From the human T2T-CHM13v2.0 reference genome, Homo sapiens: DNA of 64,000 nucleotides. The position numbers were made by a program, and so were the translations under genes. The stretch covers positions 24,416,001 to 24,480,000 of the forward strand of contig CP068257.2 in NCBI GenBank assembly GCA_009914755.4. Direction: 5' to 3'. A model generated the notes under the pieces. The model made no database searches, had not been told where the DNA came from, and was given only the letters and a program-made list of their open reading frames with translations. Positions 15,901 to 30,253 of this stretch are shown in pieces (the stretch's first letter is position 1; each line of letters starts with the position of its first letter).

Positions 15901-16589
15901 GAATTCAGACTCACCTAAGAATTTAGAACAAAGGTGGAAAAAGAAAACTAAGCTCAAATTATTTAAATAGTACAACAGGGTAACTTCTTGACATACTGAA
16001 CATGAGCCTATTCATGTTAAATATGCTTGGAGAATATCATTAGTCCATGGCTTACAATCAATTCTAAGCTTTCAAGAAAGCAAGAGCTACAGGACCTATT
16101 CATAAAAATATAGCAACATTGGGAAACTAATTATCTTCCCAGCTGATAAAGATACCATCCAATAAATAGGGGGATCTTCAGTGACATCCAAACCTTCAAA
16201 AAATATATTTTAAAATGTTATACCACGTTCTCGGAAGGTAGTTAACACTAAAAAAGATTTGGGGGAACTGAAGCTGAGTAATATTCTTGAAAATACAGGT
16301 ACCTAATCAATAAATAAAGAGAATGCCCCCCAAATTTTTCATGGCATGAAAATACTTAAAGGTTTAAGAGGGGAGTACCTACATCTATTAATACACCAAA
16401 CACCTACTGAAACGCCACATTCATGTAATCACTTAATAAAGACATTAAAATAGGATGACAGGAGTTCATGTTTAGCATTTATAAATAGTATCCTAACCTT
16501 TAAGGTACAACATAAGAATCTGAAATTTCTAAAATCTATTATCACTGAATAATATTTAGAAGCAGATTTCTGTGAAAATTAATTCTTAA

Positions 16590-16879
<290 letters not shown>

Positions 16880-17993
16880 TCTTTATCATTAGCCTTAAAA
16901 ACTAAGGACAATGAAACTATTATAAATGAATCTAATGGTATGTTTTATCTCTAAACACAGATGCCTCTGATACACTGACTTTTTACTAGACATGTGTAGG
17001 ATAGGTTTAACCCTATTTCTGGAGTTGAATGTTCTTTTTATTAAGATCCAAAGACACTTGGTTTCTTCTCTTCTGAGATCCCTATGTTACTTCTTGGTTG
17101 TTACATAAAACCTGCTCTTCCTTTGTTGATCAATAAGGAGTAAGTAAAGTAAATGATTTTGCCATAATCTCAGAAATTCTTTTAGGCATGTGAAATTGCT
17201 GCTCCACATCTTCTGTCTTTCTAATGTTTGGGCTATTCTTTCTTTTCCCTTTCCTTTTCCAATATTTGGCTACATCCTCAATTCATTCATTAAATCTATA
17301 TATTTATTAAATATGTACTATGTACCAGACATGTTCAAGCTCTGGGAATATTTCAGTGAATTGACAAAAGTCTCAATTATCGAAGAGCTTACATTTTGAA
17401 CAAAAAGCAATTATTTCCCAATGTTTGAGCACCGCAGGAAAGGGTTAACCATCAGCATCATGCACTACTTATTCACAATATAGCTGCACAATTATTGTTT
17501 CCTCTTATCAGGCCCTCAAAGCCACTGATTATAATACTTTGTCCCAACCTATTACCCTACAAGTTTGCTAGTAAAATTCGAAGATGACCAGGAGCTATTT
17601 GCAGGATACTACAGGCTATGAAAGTATTACTCCAGAGTATAATCAGTTTTTTCCCCAATCCAATTGTATCATCTATTAAAAGAGCTAACATAATAAAAAG
17701 CTATATCCTGATGCCCAGAATTTACAGCGTAACAAGGACTAAGAAAGCAGGTATCTTAGAGGTAACTTTAGCCTATTAATGACATGTGCAGTACAAATAA
17801 AACCACATTGAATGTACAGATATTTTTCTGGACATCGAATAAGAGAAATAATCAAATGAATTAATGTCTGTCCAAATCAAAAATCTCTACAAGTGTTCCA
17901 ACTTTAATGAACCAACTTAGTTCTATTCTAATTTTCTATTATTATTTCTCAAGGCTACCAACACAAACTACTTTCCCTGGAACATCCCCATGA

Positions 17994-18310
<317 letters not shown>

Positions 18311-18897
18311 CCATAAACATTTTTAAATCTACACCTCTTCATTTTCTTTACGTATCCCTCAGGATCCACATCATGGGTCTACTTTCTTTCAAACAACTTT
18401 TACCATATGCTCCAGCTCACACTACCATCTCCCTACCTCCTATGCTCACAACAACCCCTCATATGACTTACATTAAAAAGTTTACAATTATTAATTAGGA
18501 TTGGAAGTTTCCAACAGATTTGTAGTCAGGAGAGACTATTCAGGGAACATGAGTCTAGTTTTGATCACATTGAGTTTGAAGTTCCTGAACAAACACGTGT
18601 CACTAAAGGAGTGAAGATAAACATGCTTCTAGAGTAAAAACAATCACAAGTACAAACCTCTACAACATCTTACACAGGGAAATTCAGCCCTAAAGTCTAT
18701 CAAATGGGCATAAAGGTAATTTTATATTTGTATAATCTTAGGTTATAGCCAAGAAAAAGCAAACATCTTGTGAAGTTGAGATATAGCATACAACAAACTC
18801 AGCTCAATTAAACCACAGTTTAGCTTTATCTAATTCAAAGTTAGGACGCCTTTAACAGTAACTTGACTTGCAACTTCTAAGCTTAAAAGAAATTTTA

Positions 18898-19209
18898 GGC
18901 TGGGCGCAGTGGCTCACGCCTGTAATCCCGGCACTTTGGGAGGCCGAGGTGGGCGGATCACGAGATCAGGAGATGGAGACCATCCTGGCTAACACGATGA
19001 AACCCAGTCTCCACTAAAAATACAAAAAATTAGCCGGGCGTGGTTGTGGGCGCCTGTAGTCCCAGCTACTCAAGAGGCTGAGACAGGAGAATGGCGTGAA
19101 CCCAGGAGGCGGAGGCTGCGATGAGCCAAGACTGCGCCACTGCGCTCCAGCCTGGGCGACAGAGTGAGACTCTGTCTCAAAAAAAAAAAAAAAGAAAGAA
19201 AGAAAAAAA
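18898..19209 (+). mobile_element. Full-length AluY-like SINE with a TSD.
   Basis: ggctgggcgcagtggctcacgcctgtaatcccggcactttgggaggccgaggtgggcggatcacgagatcaggagatggagacc...tctgtctc(a)n agaaagaaag. Flanking direct repeat aagaaatttt lies before position 18898 and after the tail. Confidence 0.93.
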
Positions 19210-19268
19210 GAAATTTTCCAGATTAAAACAAATGTCTGGAAACCTTAAACTCAACTTCTTCCTGCCAT

Positions 19269-19324
19269 CAAATATAGGCCTCCTTGATCGATTTCTCCAT
19301 AACAAGAGGAGGTCATAAAAATCA
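19269..19324 (+). repeat. Copy B of the unclassified 56-bp interspersed repeat (partner of 11247-11302).
   Basis: caaatataggcctccttgatcgatttctccataacaagaggaggtcataaaaatcat. Both copies produce related minus-strand ORF peptides (HDFYDLLLLWGNRS and NDFYDLLLLWRNRS) in the ORF track. Confidence 0.6.
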
Positions 19325-20878
19325 TTCACGGCCATCTCATTTAGTTGTCTCTTCTGCAACTTACTCCCTAAACTCTGTGCTTAAATAACTATTCTCCTGA
19401 TTTTTCCGCTGTAGGTCTTCCCACTATGGAACATGAGCCCACCCCTTTCCCTTCCCACCATCCTACTGGTATGGTTTTACCCCATATATGGCATCTGTAT
19501 TGTGAGTCTGCCAGAACGCTCATACTTAGGCGTATTTTTATCTTCGTATCTTACAACGCTGTTATTTTGTACTTTTGGCTTTTCTTTGTCTACAGTTAAT
19601 ATTTGCCCCATTTAAAAAATTTGCCTCATTTTCTATGCATCCATCAATACTGTATCTTTCCCAAACGCTCCAGTAGAACCCTAAGAAGCATGCTAAGTAC
19701 AGGAAAATCTTTAACGCAGGTAATGCATCAATGCCATTTTTTCCTGGAGGCCTCTCTCCTGCGACCAGCCTCGTTCGTCTCCTCCAATCTGGACTAGCTG
19801 CTCTCCAGACGGTTGCACAGCTGTTGCCTGAGATTTCCCTTCACTATAGGGTTTCAAAGCCAAAGCCTAAGACTCACTGACAGGAGAAGGAAAAAAAAAA
19901 AAAAAAAAAGACAGACACTCCTGGGATGCATCACCAACAAGTTGAAATTTATCAGGGGATATGGAAGAGGGAATGTTTAATGAAACCACTCAGTGACTAA
20001 TATGATAAAAGAGAAAGACGACAGAATTTATCCTTTCACTGAACACTGAAACAAATATTGAGAACCTTCTTTGTCAAGTACTAAAATCTGAATATTTCCT
20101 AACAGCCTTTGACACTGAAATTAAAATACGTCTTAATCCAGACTGTAGATTCATCTTTATGTCGTTTCTTATATCCATGATGCTTATTTGTGTACCTGAA
20201 AAAAAGCATATTCTTTTCCTCAGTGCTAATTGAGAACTGGCTTTAAAAATTCATTCTTTATTTAATCACAAACATCAAATAACTTTTTAAAAATATAATA
20301 CGTGAGAAAAAAATTGTCCTTAATTTCATTTCAGTATTCCCTTCATAATAAGTAAATAAACAGTTCTGCTTTTATGGGTATTATCTGGAATTATAAAGAT
20401 ATGCTGTACCTAATTCACAATAGTAAACTGAAAAATTTTAAGTCCACAAAGAAGCACTTGTTTAGTTCTTTTCCTAGGGAAGAAATACATCAAAAGTTCC
20501 CATAATTTATTATGAGAAGTCTATGTCTAATATATTTTACATATTTATATACTATTTTTAATGTAGTTCATTATTTAAAACATAATGAAAGCTTGGGTTT
20601 CATGGCAAAGGCTGAAGTTAATTCAGTTAATGCCATTATTTTATGTTGTATGTAAGCTACTCTTCTACCCCAAGAATCGTAATAATAGCTGTCTGTACCA
20701 CTCTAAACACTTCCTTAAATTTCATATTCTTCATCTGGCTACAATTATCCACATGGCATAAACCATAGAGCTCTCAATCCCAAAATCTTAAGTTTTGTCA
20801 CACACAAATTCTGTTTTCTACTACAGCTGTCTGGAAAGTTATTTACTGGCTTGAATGGTTAAAAAAAACATCAAACTC

Positions 20879-21177
20879 GGCAGGGTGTGGTGGCTCACGC
20901 CTGTAATCCCAGCACTTTGGGAGGCCGAGGCGCGGATCACCTGAGGTCGGGAGCTCGAGACCAGCCTGACCAACACGGAGAAACCCCGTCTCTACTAAAA
21001 ACAGAAAAATAGCTGGGCATGGTGGCACATGCCTGTAATCCCAGCTACTTGGCAGGCTTAGGCAGGAGAATCACTTGAACCCAGGAGGCGGAGGTTGGGG
21101 TGAGCTGAGATTGTGCCATTGCACTCCAGCCTGGGCAACAAAGAGTGAAACTCCATCTCAAAAAAAAAAAAAAAAAA
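20879..21177 (+). mobile_element. Full-length Alu with TSD ATCAAACTC.
   Basis: ggcagggtgtggtggctcacgcctgtaatcccagcactttgggaggccgaggcgcggatcacctgaggtcgggagctcgagacc...ctccatctc(a)18. Direct repeat atcaaactc lies on both flanks. Confidence 0.93.
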
Positions 21178-21956
21178 TCAAACTCAAGACAATATCTCAA
21201 GATTTTTATTTGCTTTGGGAAATGACACGATGAGAAGAGGGTTCTGAAGACAAAGGGGAAAACTGTTTCCTTTCTCTGCTTGGGGTAGGGACTGATGGAA
21301 ACACAGTGCTTGAGAAAGATGCTCAGAAGCGGCTAGAGTAGAAAAAGAACTTTGAAGAAAGTCCACTTTCTTCTTTGATTCCTCATCATAACCATTTGTA
21401 ATCATTTACCTCAGAATAAAAGAGAAAATTCCACGACAATAAACACAGCTTGAGGTTAGCTAGAAATACTGTTCACATTAAATTTATGGTAAAACAGCAA
21501 GCTGAAATGGTGTGGGAATTATCTAATAATTTCCAAGACTGAATTACGCAGCTATAAAGCAACAGCAGCTGTTTACTGGTTGGCCCAGAAAAGTTCACAT
21601 TTCAGACCACCAGATCAGACATAACAGTATTAATTCCTCATACAGGGAGAAATTTTTGAAGACTCAACATAACAGAAATCCAGTGTTCAGCTGATACGTT
21701 ATTAAATCTGACGGCATTTTTATGGCATTTTTAAACTATGACACAGCTTCAGGAAGTCCTGAAAACTTGAGCCTCTAAAGGCATTTTTGTCTTTTTTATA
21801 CAACATAGGTGCAAAAAGCTGAAAAATGTGACCATGACCGTGTGAAATTTAAATTATACCTTACTTTTTATTTTTACTTCTGTGGATGCCAGTGTCTGTC
21901 TTAGTCTGTTTCTCCCTATATACACTGTATATGGAAACCAACTAAAAGCCTATCTA

Positions 21957-22261
<305 letters not shown>

Positions 22262-22601
22262 GCAGCATCCATAAGAAATTAACACAAAATATGTTTAGCT
22301 GTTCATTTGAAAGCAAATGACTGGGGTTATAATTCACTTGTAACACTTAATAATCTCAAAGTTTTGATTTGTGAATTCCATTATCTCTTGGAGAAAGCTA
22401 CAACACACATATAATTAGTGGTCTAACTCAAATAGTGCTGGAATTTCCTATAGAAATGGCTAAGCATGAATAACCAAAGTCGCAGGTGATTCCTAAGATT
22501 CTGCTCATTTTTTAAGTTTTTTTTTAAGTTTTTTGTTTCTTTCTGCTCATTTTTTTTACATGACTGAATTAAAATAGCTTTTAAAAAATTTCCTGCTTTC
22601 C

Positions 22602-22909
22602 GCCGGGTTGTGGTGGCTCATGCCTGTAATCTCAGTACTTTGGGAGGCTGAGGCGGGTGGATCACGAGGTCAGGAGTTCAAGACCAGACTGGCCAAGGTG
22701 GTCAAATTCCGTCTCTACTAAAAATACAAAAAAAAATTAGCCAGTAGTGGTGGCAGGCACCTGTAATCCCAGCTACTCGGTAGGCTGAGGCAGAGAATGG
22801 CTTGAACTCAGGAGGCAGAGGTTGCAGTGAGCCAAGATCGCACCACTGCACTCCAGCCTGGGCGACGAAGCTAGACTCTATCTCAAAAAAAAAAAAAAAG
22901 AAAAAAAAA
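22602..22909 (+). mobile_element. Full-length Alu with the 11-bp TSD tcctgctttcc.
   Basis: gccgggttgtggtggctcatgcctgtaatctcagtactttgggaggctgaggcgggtggatcacgaggtcaggagttcaagacc...ctctatctc(a)n. tcctgctttcc is present immediately before and after the element. Confidence 0.93.
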
Positions 22910-23399
22910 TCCTGCTTTCCAAAGATTACTGGTATCTTTTACTGGAAAATGGTTCCTAAAGACCATAATCTAGGTGCAGTACTGGTGTTTACCGCTACTG
23001 AGTTGGTCTTTTAGGCCTTTTCATTATTTTTAGGCCTGCAGCGGACAGTATTTATGGGGAAAAAATGTTATCTGAAATCTACAACAATATGTTATACTGA
23101 GAAATGATACCTAAAAGTCAAACTCATGACTACAGGGTATCTTTTTAATAGATTATATGTTACATGTGAATCTTCTTTTACCACATCAAAATTCTGATTC
23201 TCAAATACATGGGATGATTGAATTAAAATATCACACAACTATTCACTTATGTTACACCATATTACTTATGCACCAGGCTCAGAATTACACACTAATACTA
23301 CCACCATTAATAGAAAAACAGTTGTTTCTTTACCCACATCTTCTTCTCATTCTTCCCCATTAAAGTTACTGTCACAACAAGGCTGTTTATTTCACCTGG

Positions 23400-23800
23400 G
23401 TGCAGGCAGGCTGAGTCCGAAAAAGAGTCAGGAAAGGGAGATGGGGTAGGGCCATTTTGTAAGATTCGGGTAGGTAAAGGAAAATTGCAGTCAAAGGGGG
23501 TTGTTCTCTGGGGGGCAGGGGTGGGGGTCACAGGGTGCTCAGTGGGGGAGTTTTTGAGCCAGGATGAGCCAGAAGAAGGAATTTCACAAGATAATGTCAT
23601 CACTTAAGGCAAGGACCGGCCATTTTCACTTCTTTTGTGGTGGAATGTCATCAGTTAAGGCAGGAACAGGCCATTTTCACTTCTTTTGTGATTCTTCACT
23701 TGCTTCGGGCCATCTGGGCGAATACGTGCAGGTCACAGGGGATGGTTTAGCTTGGGCTCAGAGGCCTGACAGTTACAGAATCTCTTTATTGTCACAGCAT
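23400..23800. repeat. Unclassified GC-richer element containing a 51-bp tandem duplication (23595-23691). Possibly a solitary LTR or other old repeat.
   Basis: tgtcatcacttaaggcaaggaccggccattttcacttcttttgtgg is followed by tgtcatcagttaaggcaggaacaggccattttcacttcttttgtga. The flanking sequence ggggggcaggggtgggggtcacagggtgctcagtggggg is G-rich. I cannot assign a family from memory. Confidence 0.4.
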
Positions 23801-24022
23801 GTAGCTGTGGAATACTATATTATCATACTTTTTACCATCGTTGAGTCTTAGTTTTTATGTTTCTCCTTAATGCTCATTACCCATCCTTATATCAGTTTTT
23901 CTCTAGGTATTTTGGGTATCTGAAACTTGTTCTCTAGCAGATTCTACAGGAAAATAATGTGAAAATATGCCCTGAGTTATTGTACGTTGATATTTATTTC
24001 ATGTGATCATATCTGAATGTCA

Positions 24023-24366
<344 letters not shown>

Positions 24367-26309
24367 ATCCTTGTTTTGCATTGGCTTTCTTTGATATGTT
24401 AAATGTTGCTTTATTTTCCTTTGGCATAAAGCACTGCTGTCAAAAAACTCTTATTAAAATATAGTTTCTTTGTAAGTGAAAAACAAAAATATTTCCTGCC
24501 CTCAAAAATTATAAACTTAGTTACCAAAAAGCAAAAAGTACTATGTGTATACATAAAAGCAATATACATTCATTACCATCTTGAAAACAATTATTTGGAT
24601 ATAAACTTTAAAATTATAAAATAATAGTATTCATTATAAATGAATGAAAACAGTAATGATTTTTAAAAACTACTACTCTTATCATGACCAATTACCTCTT
24701 CTTTTTGAAAAGTGAACTAGTTCCTACCTTAAAGACTTTGTTGACCCTCTGTCTGAATACCTAAAATACATCTCCTTTCTTGCCTTGAAATCTTATCCTT
24801 GAAATCTTGGCTCACAATGCTACTTCCTGTCAAGTCTTCCTTAAATTCCTGAGCTGAAATCCCATCCCCTTCAGGCCCACTATCAACTCTGTAAGAGGGA
24901 GGCCCACATTTCACCCACCTCCAGGGGCTCACACACTGTGGGTGATCAATAAAACGTACACAATGAATACGTAACTGACCTTTTATTGGTCAATTTTGTA
25001 GGACTTATTTCTCTGAGAATATTCAATTAACTACTTCCTAAGGTGGAAATTTGGAAAAGCAATATTTAAAATTGTTTAAATAGATTTAAATAGTAATTAT
25101 TTTAAATGGCCTTAAGTAGAAATTACAGGCGCTTTTACTCTATCAATAAAAAAATCATAGCTAAATGTAGGGGTATCCATGCTTATGTTAAACTCAGGAT
25201 CATAAATCAGTATTAAAATTTTCCTCCATATTTTCATAAACAATTATGTGGCGCATATATTTTATTACACCAACTATAAGATTTGCAAGGCATTCCGCCA
25301 ATAACTGTTATATAAAAATCAACTAAACACAAATTTATCTACCAGGATGTTTATCACAGCATCATTTATAACAACTATTACACCACCACAAAATAAAGAA
25401 AACCACCTAAATGACCATAAAAAAGAGTAAACACATTACAGTGTCTGGTGTGATGCTACATTAAAAATTATGCTCTCCAAGAATATTTAATTTCACAGGT
25501 AGAGTATTCTAAAAATGTTAGGTGTAAAAAGCAAGTCACAAAACAGGAAACGATTAAATAACACTAAAAACAAAAGCAAAACATACATGAAAAAAATGTA
25601 GACTGCAAGGAAGCCAAATGGTTTTGATTATTTTTAGCTAGTGGTTGTATTTTCTCAACTTTGTACGTTGAATATATGTTACTTTTGTAATCAGAGAAAT
25701 TTCTTTTGAGCACACATTTGCAATTCTTAGCATGTACTACAAATCAGATGTCCATTAGCCTTGCTATTCATTTTTCAAAGCAATTACTAACAAGCCTTGG
25801 GACAATATCATGCCAAATAAGCTGGGTTTCTTTTTCTCACCTATCATCTAGGACCTACAGAGATAGATAAATTCTGTGCTTCAAGAAAATATCAGCAAAG
25901 CCCACTCATAAGCCATAACAGCAGTTTTTCAAAAGTTATCGTTTCTTTTTAATGCCTCGTTACTTAATGACACCTGAATACAACTCCAGTAAAGAAGACA
26001 AAACTGAAGATGTAATGAAGTATAAATCACCCATGCTATTAGAGCTCTTATCAATCAAAACATTAGTTGTTAAAAGTCCCAGAAAGAGGACACAATACCA
26101 GGTACAATAATTAAAATGAAAAGAAACAAAACTGGAAACGGAGCCAAGAAACACCACTACGCTTCCTTCTTTTCAAAATGCGATTGTTAAAAAAGTCAGT
26201 CTCCTCAACTCATCCTCTGTCCTGAGTTTTAGAAAGCAAATCAAGCAGGAGCCAATGCAATTGAGGCAATTATGGAACTTGGGACAGGGCCAAGGAAGTG
26301 CTGCAGTGA

Positions 26310-26654
<345 letters not shown>

Positions 26655-29600
26655 GAAGGACACCATTTTTATAGGTGTTCTTGCTTAATCAAATGGAAGA
26701 GGGCTTCACTTTCTAAGTCTTCCTCACCCAGAAGGAATCTGTGAGATAAATGTAAGCTCTTCCCATTCTTCCTTCTGGCCTGAAACAAATGTGGCTGCCA
26801 TATGCAATTTTGGAGGGAAAAAAAATTAAGGAAGATCAAGAATCTTCCTGAAGAATCAGTGATGATTAATGCTGCTTAAATTTTGTTGAAGATCGTATGA
26901 ATGAACGTTATTTTCTTTTATTTTGGCATCATGGTGTTTTCAAAACTAAAGTGTATTTTCCCATACTGTATGTATAAAGCTCATAAAGTACAACTACCAA
27001 GAGATAAAACAAATTAATGATCATTCTGTGTCGACTTTCAAGTCTTTTGACTTTTTTCTATTATCCTTCAATGGTACTACATACAAATACAAAATTATAT
27101 GTACTGATTTCATAGTCTATCTTTTGCTGATTATAAAAGCTACTCATTTATTATACAAAGTCATAGAAAATTGCTTAAATAAAATCAAAATCACCTGTAA
27201 TCCCACTGTTGGGAGATAAACACTGATAAGATTTCTTTTCCGGACATGTTTTCTTTTACTTAGTATGCTGGTTCTGAAGCATGATTAACGTTGACCATTC
27301 AAAGGTCCCATGGGAAGGCCACATATAAAGGAGTCTGATGTCTCTCCAAGGATGGCTGATTAGCCTTTCCTGATGAAGAAATGCCCAGCAATTCTGGTCA
27401 TTCCTTATGAGACCATGATGTAAACAATCAAGAACATTCAAGAATTTGCATCCTTCTTGTATGCAGCAGCTGGGCTCATTAAATAATGAGAATGATGAAG
27501 TCATCATTCTCATCACAGTGCATGTATAGGTCCCACACATGCATCTCCCATGACTTCAAAATTAGTAGGATTTCCACAGTGCAGGTCGGTGGGGAGAGGA
27601 GGCGCCATGGGCACCAATTCTCTAGCACACTGGATTACATACGGGGATTTACAAGATCCTTAAAGTCTACAATAAAAATGTTTTTCCATCCTCATCGCCA
27701 TCTTTAAAGTTTGGTGAACTCTCATGTGACATTTCTGACTATTGTGTTGTACTGATGTGTCTCAAGAGAGTTGTTGTTTACATAAATTCAAAGAATTACC
27801 CTGGTATAAAATGTCACAGTATTCAAATACATCCTTTCCATGCTAAAGAAGATAGCTGTAGATAATTGATACAAAGGCAGCCAAGAAACCCAGAAAACAA
27901 GGCATGCTTTTCCTAAAATTGTATTAAAACAATAAAATTCAAAATTAATATGAATTGAATACCTTTCTCATTTGACCATATCTGATAAGATTTCTGGTCA
28001 TTACTACTTACACATTTGGAAGGTCTTAATTACAAAATGAAACAGAATGACATTTAAGGTAAAATTCTTTCACTTGTAATTCCTTTTTTGGATTAAGCTA
28101 TTAACCTGACTTTGCCCCAATAATTCAACAGTAATTTATTTTACGCAATGTTCCTTGCCTTTGCTGGTCAGAGACAAGTACAGAAAAGTGCCAATTTCAA
28201 CAGTGGATCTATTACACCATGAAGAGCAGTCATTCAAATGGAAAGGGTTGAAAGCTTTGCAAAGAAAATATTCTCCTTGAGTAACAGTAATGATGTGCTT
28301 GAATCACACATGAGATAATTAATAAAATGTTCACATGATTAAGATGAATCTTACCCTCTGGTTCCAGAGGTACTACCAAAAGCAAAGGGTGAGATGAGAA
28401 AGCCAACTTATTCTCAAGGGAAATTATCCACTCCATGGGAAGAAAGTGGCAACAGCAACCTGACATACTTTCCCCATGCAGACAAGAAATGTATAGCACA
28501 TATGTCCGAGGCAAAATATTACAGAAAAATAATCCAGTGCCACACTGGATCCTTCATCTGATAAAGAGGTTAGGAAGGTTGTATGCCACACATAACAAGC
28601 ATTTTTCTCTCTTCAAGCTTTGTTTTGAATTTTAACACGCTTAATGTTTAAGATAATTTTATTTTGTTTGCTAGGTCAGTAAAAAAAAAAAAACTCTTGT
28701 CTAAAACATATATTTGGATACAGTCAAGAGATTTTAGAGCATACTTATGTTAATGCTGAACAGTAATTCTTTGTTAAGCAGGAATAATATGTAAGAATGT
28801 TACCTACTACTACTATAAAGTAGAAAACATATCACATGGAGATTTATCCTATACTAGGTCATGGTTGTCTCCTCTGTCAACACAACGATAGCTGTGAGTT
28901 TCTTTTTTAGTGCTATTGTCTCTAATTCATAGTGAATATTTGTTTTAAAACAAATTTTTGTGTATACTGTAAAAAACACTGGACCAATAATCAAGAGAGC
29001 TTGGACTGTAGTGCTGACTCTCCCATTTATTTGCTGTGAGTTATAGCAAGAAATTCAACCTCTCTGGATCTTGGTAGTTGTATAGCCTGTGAAGAGAGAC
29101 GAAGAACTAACACTGCCTGTCTATTAAGTGCAAGTAAAATGTACATCAGTTACACCTATGTCCCTATGTTACCTATGTTACACCTATTGGAAAACCTATG
29201 TTTTTCAGTTCCTTTTCCTGAAAGACAAGGCATGCTCTACATACTCTACCAGGTTATTTTATCAACTCTGTATTATACTCTGGGCTTGAGACCTTTGGAA
29301 AATTTGCCACTACCTAAGAAAAAAGCAGCACCTATATTCCTTAATTCTAATCTAAGGTTAATAACAAAGTAAGAGACAACATATGCTCTACTTGTCATAT
29401 TAGGGTCTAATTTCAGGTCCAATGGAAAAGGACCAGTGATTCATAAAATGAGAAAATATGGTAAAATGATTCAACACGCCAAGTACCTACAGGAAATAGC
29501 AAATGATTATCTAGTCCCATAGTAGTCAAGAACAGTTAGTGTCAACGTGCTCATTTCACATCAGACACAACCAGAACTGAGAAATTTGCTTAACATGTCA

Positions 29601-30111
29601 CAAGTGACCCAACTTTTTGAATTATGTACCTCCACATCAAAGGAGCCCAGAATCTGTTCGGAGGATGAAAGAGAAATCTGATAATGGTTGATGGCAAAGC
29701 CTTGGCAGGAATAAACTCCTTCCCTGAGAAAGAATTATTTTATAGGCTTCTCTCCATTTCTCCTTGCCAGTCTCCAGCCTGTGCTTCACAGCTGGGTAAT
29801 TATCTGTCAGTGGAATGATATATTTTCAAGTGGTTCTCTTTCCATAATGGTTAAAAACATAAGGTGAGGACAGGTCATTAACTTTACTATCAAACAGGTA
29901 TTTGGTAGATGAGATTAATTATTTAAAACCACATTACTTAGGCTGTTGTTTCCCTAAATGGTGCATAATGCAGTGTAGCACAACAAATACAAATATTTGG
30001 ACAGTCTCCGTGTAATTATAATATTATTATAAAATCTTCTGACTTGATATTGAGATCTGAGAACATCTTTTATATCCTTTATTACTTGTTGTACTGTTCG
30101 TTCACTTGGAG

Positions 30112-30253
30112 GTTTTTTTGTTTGTTTTTGTTTTTTTAAGAGACGGGGTCTCATTATGTTGCCCAGGCTGGTCTCTAACTGCTGGGCTCAAGCAATCTTC
30201 CCACCTCGGCCTCTTACAGTGCTGGGATTATAGGCTTGAGCCACCACACCCAG
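30112..30253 (-). mobile_element. Alu left-monomer-only fragment (FLAM-like or 3'-truncated Alu), minus orientation.
   Basis: T-rich leader, then agagacggggtctcattatgttgcccaggctggtctctaactgctgggctcaagcaatcttcccacctcggcctcttacagtgctgggattataggcttgagccaccacacccag. Confidence 0.7.

Noticed and set aside
27256-27540. The minus-strand ORF contains ...CWAFLHQERL..., resembling APP exon 4 (KCKFLHQERM), which would place exon 4 about 4.6 kb downstream of exon 3.
   Set aside because: The DNA (tgctgggcatttcttcatcaggaaaggcta) does not match APP exon 4 (TGCAAATTCTTACACCAGGAGAGGATG). The flanking residues do not match APP and there are no splice sites. It is a chance 6-residue similarity. The real exon 4 lies beyond the window, tens of kb further into intron 3.
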